A program made the translations under genes and the position numbers. DNA of 64,000 nt from Pavona decussata (lineage: Eukaryota), in NCBI GenBank assembly GCA_977016875.1, contig CDRNST010000051.1:2542001-2606000 (forward strand), in the 5' to 3' direction. The notes under the pieces were generated by a model. The model did not search any database and had not been told where the DNA came from. It was given only the letters and a program-made list of their open reading frames with translations. Positions 1 to 9,638 of this stretch are shown here, in pieces; the first letter of the stretch is position 1; each line of letters starts with the position of its first letter.

Positions 1-749
1 CGCAGGGGGAGGAAAGATTGCATGACGAGCTAAAAGAGCGTCTACGAATGACGCTAATGACCACCCATAATTTACCCAGCTGCTGCTAGCCTGCTGAAAA
101 TGAATTAAGAAATTAATTCAATAAAGCTAAATAATAACAAAGAGATTTACGTTGCCGCCAAGGAGAAGTTGCCCTTCTCGATCATCCATCAAAGAAGCGT
201 TGCGTGACGACCCTAATAATGGCTGCGTAGGAGACCAACAAGCCACAGGCAACATAAAATTCGGCGATCGACGAAAGGTATTAAACAATGGTATTTTGAC
301 TTATTAGTTATCTTCCTCAGTTTCTAAAGGGAAATTTCATTACTTTACTTACCTGTAACATTTGTTCCATAATTGACACGATCGACAAAGAGGGAATTTT
401 TGTTCCGTGCTGAGAGTGAAGATTTCCCGGCAATATTAAGATCTCAAGAGCCATTCCTGCATAAGAGCAGGTTCGGTTTATTTTCTTAAGAGATGTTCTA
501 TGATTAGTATCATCAATTTTATTTATCTGTGACTGACAAATTTACAACTTTGAAACTATATAAAAACTGTGTTTTGCTTTTCTTTCTTTTTTTTTTTTTT
601 CTACACTTCCTTCGTGGTCCCTTAAGTAGCTCCGTTTTCATCTGTTTTTGGTTGTTATGCCATTTTTGATATTTTAAAAAATACACAATTGTAACAGTTA
701 CTCTTGCGTGACGTATCGTCACGCGAGGAATTGATCCGTACCTTTTTCG

Positions 750-1476
750 ACAAAAGTTATCTTTTTTATCGCTCTTGATTATTTTCTTCGTTTTATTTGT
801 GTTATTTAAATGGCCTGTCGTGTTCAGAGTATCCCGAAAATCCGAAAACTGTTTTGTGCACAGTCCTGCTTCTCCAAATTTGAGTCCAGCAGGTTGTAAA
901 ATACAGTGTATTGGAAAGGAGGGAAAGGAAACCGCGACTTATGTAGCAGCGTTTTACAAAGACGACTGGCCGGAAGAACTTGTCGACAACATGAAAGTTG
1001 CTGCGTCAATTTTGAAAAGGCACGACCATCCCAAAACTTTGGACAGAGAGAAAGGAAGACACCTTCATATCTCATTCGACTACTATTGCTGTTACACGGA
1101 AGAAGAGGCAGTGAAAATCGGAAAGTTTTTGAAACTTATTCTTGGACACCTCGCGAGGTATGGTTTGATAATATAAAATGTGCAATCCACGGTTATGGTG
1201 ATGCAGTTTCGCTTGTCCTCGTGGCTGACAAGAAATCACAACAGGAGTTGACTCGCTAAGTACTGAAGAACGAGCGAGATCTTGAAGCCAGGACACGTTT
1301 AAAGAAAAACATTCCACGCACGCAACTACAAGACTTTCATATCACACTTGGAACAGTAAATGAAAGCAGTTTTCCAGTGCAGTCGGCAGTTAAGGAAATA
1401 AACAGAGTTATTCCACCTGGAAAATGGCACAAATCCCCTTTTTTTTCTTCAACAACCAGTTTTCCAAGGGCTGTGA
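750..1476 (+). pseudogene. Pseudogene of membrane-anchored 2H-phosphoesterase (copy A)
   Basis: Aligns to intact 6378..7142. The ATG-containing ~60 bp (ttgacaggtcagccATG...) is deleted, there is a 1-nt deletion at ~1134 (gaaacttattc vs gaaaagttattc), and TGG>TAA at 1257-1259. The first motif HLHISFDYYCC is still readable. It ends at the homologous TGA 1474-1476. Confidence 0.85.
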
Positions 1477-1598
1477 GAGGGCTCATTTGATTTCCTCTAG
1501 TATCTTTCTGTTGCGTGACTTTCTCGATTCTCGGTTTATTATGGTGTAGACAAGTCACGTGATAACATATTGCACCAGTATTGAACAAGAGGGAGGAT

Positions 1599-2384
1599 AT
1601 GTTTTGTGGACGTCTAAGTCAATCAAACTTCTTTCTTTTATCACTTTTAGTTGTTTTTGTCGCAGCAATTTTGCTCTTTATATGGCCCCTTTTCAAGGAA
1701 TCCCTCAAATCCGAAAAATGTGTGGTGTACAGTCCAGCGTTTCCATCTGAAGGTGGTCCGGGATGTAGCCCACGGTGTATTTCAAGAAAGGTAGAGGAAG
1801 CCACGCGGTCTTATGCTGCTGTATTTTACAACAAATTTCATTCTTGGCCGAGTGAACTTATTGAGAACATGAAAATCGCTGCGTCGATTTTGAAACAGTT
1901 CGGCCAACCGCATAGTTTAGACACGGAGGGAGGCCGAGATCTTCATGTCACGTTTGACTACTATTGTTGCTACACGGAAGAAGAAGCCGTGAAAATCGGG
2001 AAGTTTTTGAAAAGTTATTCTTGGACACCTCATGAGGTGTGGTTTGATAAGATAGAATGTGCAATCCACGGTTATGGTGATGCAGTTTCACTTGTGCTCA
2101 TGGCTGACAAGAAATCACAAAAGGAGTTGACTCGCTGGGTATTGAAGAACGAGCGAGATCTCGAGGTCTCAACAGGTTTAAAGAAACACATTCCACACAC
2201 GCAACTACAAGACTTTCACATCACACTTGGAACAGTAAATCAAAGCAATTTTCCAGTGCAGTCGGCAGTTGAGGAAATAAACAGAGTTATACCACCTGGG
2301 AAATGGCATAAATCTCCTGTTTTTCTTCAACGACCGATCTGCAAGAGATGTGAGAAGGTGATGGAACGAAATACACAGAGATAA
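1599..2384 (+). CDS. Signal-anchored 2H-phosphoesterase-family protein (copy B), single coding exon
   Basis: First ATG at 1599 (MFCGRL), hydrophobic anchor FFLLSLLVVFVAAILLFIW, motifs LHVTF and FHITL about 90 aa apart, NQS sequon, 8 Cys after the anchor. Confidence 0.85.
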   Translation: MFCGRLSQSNFFLLSLLVVFVAAILLFIWPLFKESLKSEKCVVYSPAFPSEGGPGCSPRCISRKVEEATRSYAAVFYNKFHSWPSELIENMKIAASILKQFGQPHSLDTEGGRDLHVTFDYYCCYTEEEAVKIGKFLKSYSWTPHEVWFDKIECAIHGYGDAVSLVLMADKKSQKELTRWVLKNERDLEVSTGLKKHIPHTQLQDFHITLGTVNQSNFPVQSAVEEINRVIPPGKWHKSPVFLQRPICKRCEKVMERNTQR

Positions 2385-2686
2385 CTTGTCTTAAAAATGA
2401 TTATAATTTTATTATTTTATTTCGTTGGTTTATCCAAACACACGCGACTGGCTTCTCTTCTTGCTAAAATTAACATTTTAACGTATTATCTATTTTAATT
2501 TTTTTGATATTTTATATTGTTTGAATTGATATCGTTTATACTGTCGAAACCTTCACTATGTCGACTCCATGACTCTCCTGGTCTCTTGTCGCTTCTCGTG
2601 TTGCAATACCGACGATCACGTGATGTTTTGGATGAAAAAATCACGTGATCACAAAATTTACCTCCAGCTTTGAGGAAAAGGAAGTT

Positions 2687-3529
2687 ATGTTATATACACG
2701 TTGCTGTCAACAAAATTTCGTTCTTTTATTATTCTTGGTTATTTTTGTCGTTTTAGTTTTGATCTATAAATGGCCTTTCAAATTATCACGCGAATCCGAA
2801 AAATGTCTGCTATATAGCCCGGCATTTCCGTCTGAAGGTGGTCCGGGATGTAGTCCACGGTGCTTTGCAAAAGATGGGAAGGAAACGAGTAGGTATGGAG
2901 CAGCATTTTACAAGGAATTTCATTCTTGGCCGAGTGAACTTGTCGAGAACATGAAAATCGCTGCGTCGATTTTGAAACAGTTCGGCCAACCGCGTAGTTT
3001 AGAAACGGAGGGAGGCCGACATCTTCATGTCGCGTTTGACTACTATTGTTGCTACACGGAAGAAGAAGCCGTGAAAATCGGCAAGTTTTTGAAAAGGTAT
3101 TCTTGGAAACCTCATGAGGTGTGGTTTGATAAGATGGAATGTGCAATCCACGGTTATGGTGATGCAGTTTCACTTGTGCTCATGGCTGACAAGAAATCAC
3201 AACAGGAGTTGACTCGTTGGGCACTGAAGAACGAGCGAGATCTTGAAGTCGCAACAGGTTTAAAGAAACATATTCCACACACGCAACTGCAAGACTTTCA
3301 CATGACTCTTGGAACAGTAAATCAAAGCAGTTTTCCAGTGAAGTCAGCAGTCGAAGAGATCAACAGAGTTATTCCACCTGGAAAATGGCACAAAACGCCT
3401 GTCATCTTCAACCGACCGGTTTGCAAGAGATGCGAGAAGGTGATGCAAGCAGCATTCCCCGGGATAACTGAGCCTTCATTTGAAGTCGGTCTTCGACAAA
3501 AACAGGTGGATAAAAGGAGAGATAAATAA
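2687..3529 (+). CDS. Signal-anchored 2H-phosphoesterase-family protein (copy C), single coding exon
   Basis: ATG 2687 (MLYTRCC), anchor FVLLLFLVIFVVLVLIY, motifs LHVAF and FHMTL, NQS sequon, extended C-terminal tail. Confidence 0.85.
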   Translation: MLYTRCCQQNFVLLLFLVIFVVLVLIYKWPFKLSRESEKCLLYSPAFPSEGGPGCSPRCFAKDGKETSRYGAAFYKEFHSWPSELVENMKIAASILKQFGQPRSLETEGGRHLHVAFDYYCCYTEEEAVKIGKFLKRYSWKPHEVWFDKMECAIHGYGDAVSLVLMADKKSQQELTRWALKNERDLEVATGLKKHIPHTQLQDFHMTLGTVNQSSFPVKSAVEEINRVIPPGKWHKTPVIFNRPVCKRCEKVMQAAFPGITEPSFEVGLRQKQVDKRRDK

Positions 3530-4413
3530 CCAGTTAAATAGCACGAATCCTCTGTTTTTAGCCTGCAAATGAGTCGGACTTCCGAGCGTTGTTTCACCCC
3601 GCCAAAAAAAATATCGACAGCGTGAAACAGCGATGTCTTCTAAGGAACTTGAAGGGGCTAGGGAGTGAGGCCTCTTTCTACTAGCTGTGGAATTTTTTGA
3701 CCCAAATTCGTATCTTTCTAAGCGTTTTTTTTTTGTAAAAGAAGATAAATGGTCTACTCCATGTAACTAAAGGTAAATGGTTGAATCCTAATGTATAAAT
3801 CCAGTAATTACGCTATTTATTAGGTAAGCAAAATTATATTTAATTATTGTTTGCTTCTTTATTTAAGATTTCACAATTGAATTTCTTTCATATTTGTACA
3901 TTTTCTTTATTAAATGAAATGCATGCAATGTAAATGCTTACTGTGTATTTATTTGAAACTTATTTCTTGCGTGAAAGTTCTGTCACACAATTTATCTTTT
4001 GTGTTGTGATTAAAATGTAAACAAACCCATGACCACGTAACCTCCCTTGGAGACGTCCCTTTGGCTCGTCACGCAGTGGGTGGAAAGATTGCGTGACGAG
4101 CTACATATGTGTCTGCAAGGGAGGCTAATGACCATCCATAATTTACCCAGCTGCTGGTAGCCTTCTAAAAATGAATTAAGAAATTAATTTAATAAAGCTA
4201 AATAATAACAAAGAGATATACGTTGCCGCCAAGGAGAAGTTGCCCTTCTCGATCATCCATCAGAGAAGAGTTGCGTGACGACCGTAATAATGGCTGCGCA
4301 GGAGACTAACAAGTCACAGACATATAAAATTCGGCGATCGACGAAAAGTATTAAGCAATGGTATTTTGACTAATTAGTTATCTTTCTAAAGGGAAATTTC
4401 ATTACTTTACTTA

Positions 4414-4914
4414 GCCCCAGTTCAGACGCTGAACTTTTCATGAGCCAAACTTAATTCAAATTAAGGTCGGCCCAAATCACGAAAATCCCGCTTTTTGATT
4501 CAGACGCCGAACTTAATTAGCCGAACTTAAAACCAATCGAAATGTTAGCGTTTGTTTTTTTTTTTTTTTAAATTTTTTTTATTTGAAATACATTATAATA
4601 ATTTATGCATTAGGTTCTTAATTAGCCGAACTTAAAACCAATCGAAATGTTAGCGTTTGTTTTTTATTTTTTAATTTTTTTTATTTGAAATATGTTACAA
4701 TAATTTATGCATTAGGTTCGGCTCATGAAAAGTTCGACGTCTGAATCAAAGCTGTTCCAAAGCCGAAATTCCCGGCTGAGCTAGGCGGGAAGAACGGCTG
4801 AGCCGTTCCAAATTGGAACAGCCATTCTTAACTGAGTCAGACGCCGAACTTTTCATGTACTTAATTCGAGGTATTAGGTTCGGCTCACGAAAAATTCGGC
4901 GTCTGAACCGGGCC
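4414..4914. mobile_element. Non-autonomous PIF/Harbinger-like MITE
   Basis: TIRs GCCCCAGTTCAGACGCTGAA / rc GGCCCGGTTCAGACGCCGAA, TTA duplication at 4411-13 and 4915-17, and an empty site in unit 1 (~349-351). Contains an internal ~105-bp direct repeat. Confidence 0.85.
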
Positions 4915-5249
4915 TTACTTGTAATATTTGTTCCATAATTTACACGATCGACTAAGAGGGAATTATTGTTCCCTGTTGATTTCCCGGCAATATTAAGATC
5001 ACAATAGCCATTCCTACATATGAGCATGTTCGGTTTATTTTCTTAGAGATGTTCTATGATTAGTATCATCAATTTTATTTATCTGTGACTGACAAATTTA
5101 CAACTTTGAAACTTTATACAAACTGTGCTCTGTTTTTTTCGTTTTTTTTTTTTTTGTCCGGTTTGTTTGTTTTTTTTTTTACACTTACTTCGTGGGCCCT
5201 TAAGTTGCTCTGTTTTCATCTGTTTTTGGTTGTTGTGCCATTTTTTATA

Positions 5250-6030
5250 CAGGCGAACCTCCCTTTGCGACCATCTCTCGTAAGCGACCACCTCTCATTA
5301 GCGACCACTTTTCTAAAATACCAAAAGTTTTCAAGTCAAATCACTATAGATGGAACCTCTCATAGGCGACCACCTCCCGTTAGCGACCACTTTTAGAGAT
5401 TTTCAATTGTTTTTAACCTCCCGTTGGCGACCACTTGACACACAATCTGCTGTCTCTCTCAAGGGCGGAAATTGACTGTAACAAAAATTGGCCCACATCA
5501 TTACAGCGGATGCCGTATTAAAATCTCACAGCCGGAGCTACCGGAAGTGTCCCCCGACATTGAAAGAAATGAAAACATATACATGCACCATAACCAGGTT
5601 GAATCCTTTAAAGGAAAGAAATTCTCTTATCTTGTAAATAGCATGCATGTACATGCACGACCGGTGATGACTCTCTCACCTTGTATTATTCAACTGAAAA
5701 ATTGTGGCGGTTAAGAACGTCAACTGGATTATGTAACAAACAAACAAACGCCAAAGTTGTTGATGTGTTACGCTTGAAATGTAACATTGAGAAAATGCCG
5801 TTTACTGTTTGCTCCTAAATGATAAAATCAGGCAGTCTAAAGAAAAGTTTTTACTTTGGGTTTTGATAAGCACTGGCAAAAGTGTTAGGTGTCCACAATT
5901 ACCATATGTAAATTACCCGAAATTTAGACCTCCCTTCGCCCCCCCCCCCCCCCCCCCTTGTGGTCTGACCTCTGGTAAGCGACCACATATCCTTGCCATT
6001 ATGGGTGGTCGCTTACGGGAGGTTCGACTG
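5250..6030. mobile_element. Non-autonomous Tc1/mariner(pogo)-like MITE
   Basis: TIRs CAGGCGAACCTCCC / rc CAGTCGAACCTCCC flanked by TA. Repeated gcgaccac subterminal motifs. Absent from the unit 1 homologous site (~670). Confidence 0.85.
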
Positions 6031-6046
6031 TATTTTAGATACTCAA

Positions 6047-6282
6047 TAGGCCATTTTACAGTTGTGTGCTAAGTGACCTGGCCTTGGATTGTAAGCAAGG
6101 CTGGGGGTGACCTTGTTTTGATACAAACCTCACTGCTTTTCATATGTAGATCATGCTGTTTTTTTGCTAACTAGTTTCATTTACATATGGAAAGCAGTGT
6201 GGTTTGTATCAAAGAAGGTCACCCCCAGCCTCGCTTCCAATCAAGGCCAGGTCAATAAGCACACAACTGTAAAATGACCTGT
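6047..6282. mobile_element. Palindromic (hairpin) MITE
   Basis: ATAGGCCATTTTACAGTTGTGTGC ... GCACACAACTGTAAAATGACCTGT, self-complementary along most of its length. Absent at the unit 1 site caattgtaac (~686-695). Confidence 0.8.
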
Positions 6283-6377
6283 TGTAACAGTTACTCTTGC
6301 GTGCCTTTGATCACGAACGTATTGTCACGCGATGAATTGATTTCTACCTTGATATTGTGATATTTGACAGGTCAGCC

Positions 6378-7142
6378 ATGTTGTTTCAGTTGTTTGCACG
6401 AATCGGTCAACAGAAGTTGTTTCTTTTATCGCTCTTGATTATTTTCTTCGTTTTATTTGTGTTATTTAAATGGCCTGTTGTGTTCAGGATATCCCGAAAA
6501 TCCGAAAAATGTTTGTTGTACAGTCCTGCTTTTCCAAACTTGGGTCGAGCAGGTTGTAAAATACGGTGTATTGAAAAGGAGGGAAAGGAAACCGCGACTT
6601 ATGTAGCAGCGTTTTACACAGACGACCATGACTGGCCGGAAGAACTTATCGACAACATGAAAGTTGCTGCATCAATTTTGAAAAGGTACGGCCATCCGAA
6701 AACTTTGGACACAGACAGAGGAAGACACCTTCACATCTCATTCGACTACTATTGCTGTTACACGGAAGAAGAGGCAGTGAAAATCGGAAAGTTTTTGAAA
6801 AGTTATTCTTGGACATCTCATGAGGTATGGTTTGATAAAATAGAATGTGCAATCCACGGTTATGGTGATGCAGTTTCGCTTGTCCTCATGGCTGACAAGA
6901 AATCACAACAGGAGTTGACTCGCTGGGTACTGAAGAACGAGCGAGATCTCGAAGTCAAAACAGGTGTACAGAAGCACATTCCACACACTCAGCTGCAAGG
7001 CTTTCACATGACACTTGCAACAGTAAATCAAAGCAGTTTTCCAGTGCAGTCGGCAGTTGAGGAAATAAACAGAGTTTTACCACGTGGAAAATGGCACAAA
7101 TCTCCTGTTTTTGTTCAACAACCGGTTTTTCAAGGGCTGTGA
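6378..7142 (+). CDS. Signal-anchored 2H-phosphoesterase-family protein (copy A'), single coding exon
   Basis: gccATG at 6378, anchor LFLLSLLIIFFVLFVLF, motifs LHISF and FHMTL, NQS sequon. Confidence 0.85.
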   Translation: MLFQLFARIGQQKLFLLSLLIIFFVLFVLFKWPVVFRISRKSEKCLLYSPAFPNLGRAGCKIRCIEKEGKETATYVAAFYTDDHDWPEELIDNMKVAASILKRYGHPKTLDTDRGRHLHISFDYYCCYTEEEAVKIGKFLKSYSWTSHEVWFDKIECAIHGYGDAVSLVLMADKKSQQELTRWVLKNERDLEVKTGVQKHIPHTQLQGFHMTLATVNQSSFPVQSAVEEINRVLPRGKWHKSPVFVQQPVFQGL

Positions 7143-7276
7143 GAGGGCTCATTTTATTTCCTCTACGTATTTTTCTTTTGCGTGACTTTCTCGTATGGAG
7201 GCGTCAAGTCACATGATAAAATGTTCCTTTTTCGTGGCAGAGTGATATTGCACCAGTATTGAACAAGAGGAAGGAT

Positions 7277-8062
7277 ATGTTTTGTGGACGTCTAAGGCAA
7301 TCAAATTTCTTTCTTTTTTTACTTTTGGTTATTTTTGTCGAGGCAATTTGGCTCTTTAAATGGTCCCTTTTCAAGGAATCCCTCAAATCCGAAAAATGTG
7401 TGGTGTACAGTCCAGCGTTTCCGTCTGAAGGTGGTCCGGGATGTAGCCCACGGTGTATTTCAAGAAAGGAAGAGGAAGCCACGCGGTCTTATGCTGCTGT
7501 ATTTTACAACAAATTTCATTCTTGGCCGAGTGAACTTATTGAGAACATGAAAATCGCTGCGTCGATTTTGAAACAGTTCGGCCAACCGCAAAGATTAGAC
7601 ACGGAGGGAGGCCGAGATCTTCATGTCGCGTTCGACTACTACTGCTGCTACACGGAAGAAGAAGCCGTGAAAATCGGGAAGTTTTTGAAAAGTTATTCTT
7701 GGACACCTCATGAGGCGTGGTTTGATAAGATGGAATGTGCAATCCACCGTTATGGTGATGCAGTTTCACTTGTGCTCATGGCTAACAAGAAATCACAACA
7801 GGAGTTGACTCGCTGGGTACTGAAGAACGAGCGAGATCTTGAAGTCGCAACAGGTTTAAAGAAACACATTCCACACACGCAACTGCAAGACTTTCACATG
7901 ACTCTTGGAACAGTAAATCAAAGCAACTTTCCAGTGCAGTCGGCAGTCGAGGAAATTAACAGAGTTATACCACCTGGGAAATGGCATAAATCTCCTGTTT
8001 TTCTTCAACGACCGATCTGCAAGAGATGTGAGAAGGTGATGGAAGCAAATACACAGAGATAA
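7277..8062 (+). CDS. Signal-anchored 2H-phosphoesterase-family protein (copy B'), single coding exon
   Basis: ATG 7277. Termini nearly identical to 1599..2384. Motifs LHVAF and FHMTL. Confidence 0.85.
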   Translation: MFCGRLRQSNFFLFLLLVIFVEAIWLFKWSLFKESLKSEKCVVYSPAFPSEGGPGCSPRCISRKEEEATRSYAAVFYNKFHSWPSELIENMKIAASILKQFGQPQRLDTEGGRDLHVAFDYYCCYTEEEAVKIGKFLKSYSWTPHEAWFDKMECAIHRYGDAVSLVLMANKKSQQELTRWVLKNERDLEVATGLKKHIPHTQLQDFHMTLGTVNQSNFPVQSAVEEINRVIPPGKWHKSPVFLQRPICKRCEKVMEANTQR

Positions 8063-8292
8063 CTTGTCTTAAAAATGATTATAATTTTTTATTTCGTTGG
8101 TTTATCCAAACACACGCGACTGGCTTCTCTTCTTGCTAAAATTAGCATTTTTACATATTAGTGAGGTGGTAATAGTTATTAACAGTTATTGTATTCGCAT
8201 ATAAGTTGTTACAGAAGTTTTTTGTTTACTTGTTCATACACACGCCTTGATGGACGAGCATATCTTAGCTCCTATGAATTGATACCGTTTGT

Positions 8293-9103
8293 GTCTAGGT
8301 CTTTGGGTCCCAGAGACCTAGAAACGTAGAGACCCAAAGTCCCAAAGACCCCCAGGGGCCCCACTCACATATTTTAATGAGGGGTGGGGTAGGGGGGGGG
8401 TCCGACAGAGGTTCATATTTTATACCCCCAAAAATCCCAACTTCAGAATTTGTCTACCCAAAAAAATCCCTACTTTTTGTAGCATACCCAAAAAAATGGC
8501 ACTTGATAGAAAATCAGCCTCTGCTAAGAGAGATCTACAAAGACCCTTTCCTACTTTCGTACAGAAAAGGAAGATCTTTGTGAAATATGTACTCGTAAGA
8601 GCAAATTGCTTTGAAGGTCATATTCTTCTTATCTCGACCAATAGGTGCCGTGTTTGGCCTGTCATCATTATTTTACCATCACTGTGTTTTCATTGTGGTC
8701 TTGATGACTGGCTTGAAAGGCCTTGAATTACGTGACCTATTGAATATTTCTCTCTGGATTAGATGCACGTGGAGTGCCGGTAATTACTTTTCAAATAGAT
8801 TACAATCTCAGAAATATCCCATAATACCACACAAGCAGTAAATTGCACTTATGTTATTGTTGATTTGAGCTGATGAAAAATACAATACCAGAAAAAATTC
8901 CTGTGTTGTTTTCGCAACCCAAAAAAATCCCGGTGTCTTTCATAGACCCAGAAAAATCCCTTTTGGCCAAAATGTCAGACCCAAAAAAATCCTTCAGACC
9001 CCCCCCCCCCCCCCCCCCACCGTCATTAAAATATGTGAGTGGGGGCCCTGGGGGTCTTTGGGTCTCTACGTTTCTAGGTCTCTGGGACCCAAAAGACCTA
9101 GAC
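8293..9103. mobile_element. Composite foldback/MITE element with ~85-bp terminal inverted repeats
   Basis: 8293-8380 (gtctaggtctttgggtcccagagacctag...cccaggggccccactcacatattttaatga) is the reverse complement of 9023-9103. Internal cccaaaaaaatccc repeats. Confidence 0.8.
8493..8670 (+). mobile_element. Penelope-like retroelement 3' fragment nested in the MITE
   Basis: Translates to KWHLIENQPLLREIYKDPFLLSYRKGRSL, then after a frameshift ..VLVRA. This resembles, from recall, the C-terminus of cnidarian Penelope-like RT ORFs. Confidence 0.6.
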
Positions 9104-9264
9104 GTGACGACTCTCTGATGTCACTGGTGCATTTTTCTCCACACATAAGCGATTTGTATCTGACTATTGTGAATTACCTGACTCTTGTCATTTCTTATTA
9201 TTGCGTGAGTTTGAAGTCAGGATAACGTAATATTTTAGATGAAAAAGATCATGTGATCACAATC

Positions 9265-9586
9265 TGGGATGGGGAAGGGGGAGGGTCTCGTATGAAAGGG
9301 GCAGGGATGCTCACTGGAAATTTTGTATTATCAGTAAACCCCTAAAGGGGACCATTCTGGGCGTGGGCCCAAGCTTTTTTTGGCCACCAAAAGAGACCAT
9401 TTTAAAGACAAATATATATTTTTATATGTCTTTGCGTGCAACCCTAAACGAGACCTTCACGGCTAAATATAATGGCGTTTTGCCCAGAACACCCTAAGTG
9501 AGACCAAAATCCGAAATTTACACCCCAAAGCGAGATAAAGAGCATCCCCACCCCACTCATATGAGAGTACCACTCCCCCCCCCCCC
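9265..9586. mobile_element. Non-autonomous DNA element with G/C-run termini
   Basis: Flanked by the direct repeat gatcacaatc (9255-9264 and 9587-9596). It interrupts the promoter region of remnant C'. Confidence 0.7.
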
Positions 9587-9638
9587 GATCACAATCCTGC
9601 ATTATTGCAATCTACCAGTTTTTAGCACAAAGGAAGTT

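Noticed and set aside
4746-6072. ORFs within the MITEs as transposases
   Set aside because: They are short and lack DDE motifs; the elements are non-autonomous.
1581-7276. TTG/GTG starts given by the ORF track (1581, 2645, 6357, 7259; also 30895, 55136)
   Set aside because: This is a eukaryotic locus, so the first in-frame ATGs (1599, 2687, 6378, 7277, 30862, 55073) were used instead.
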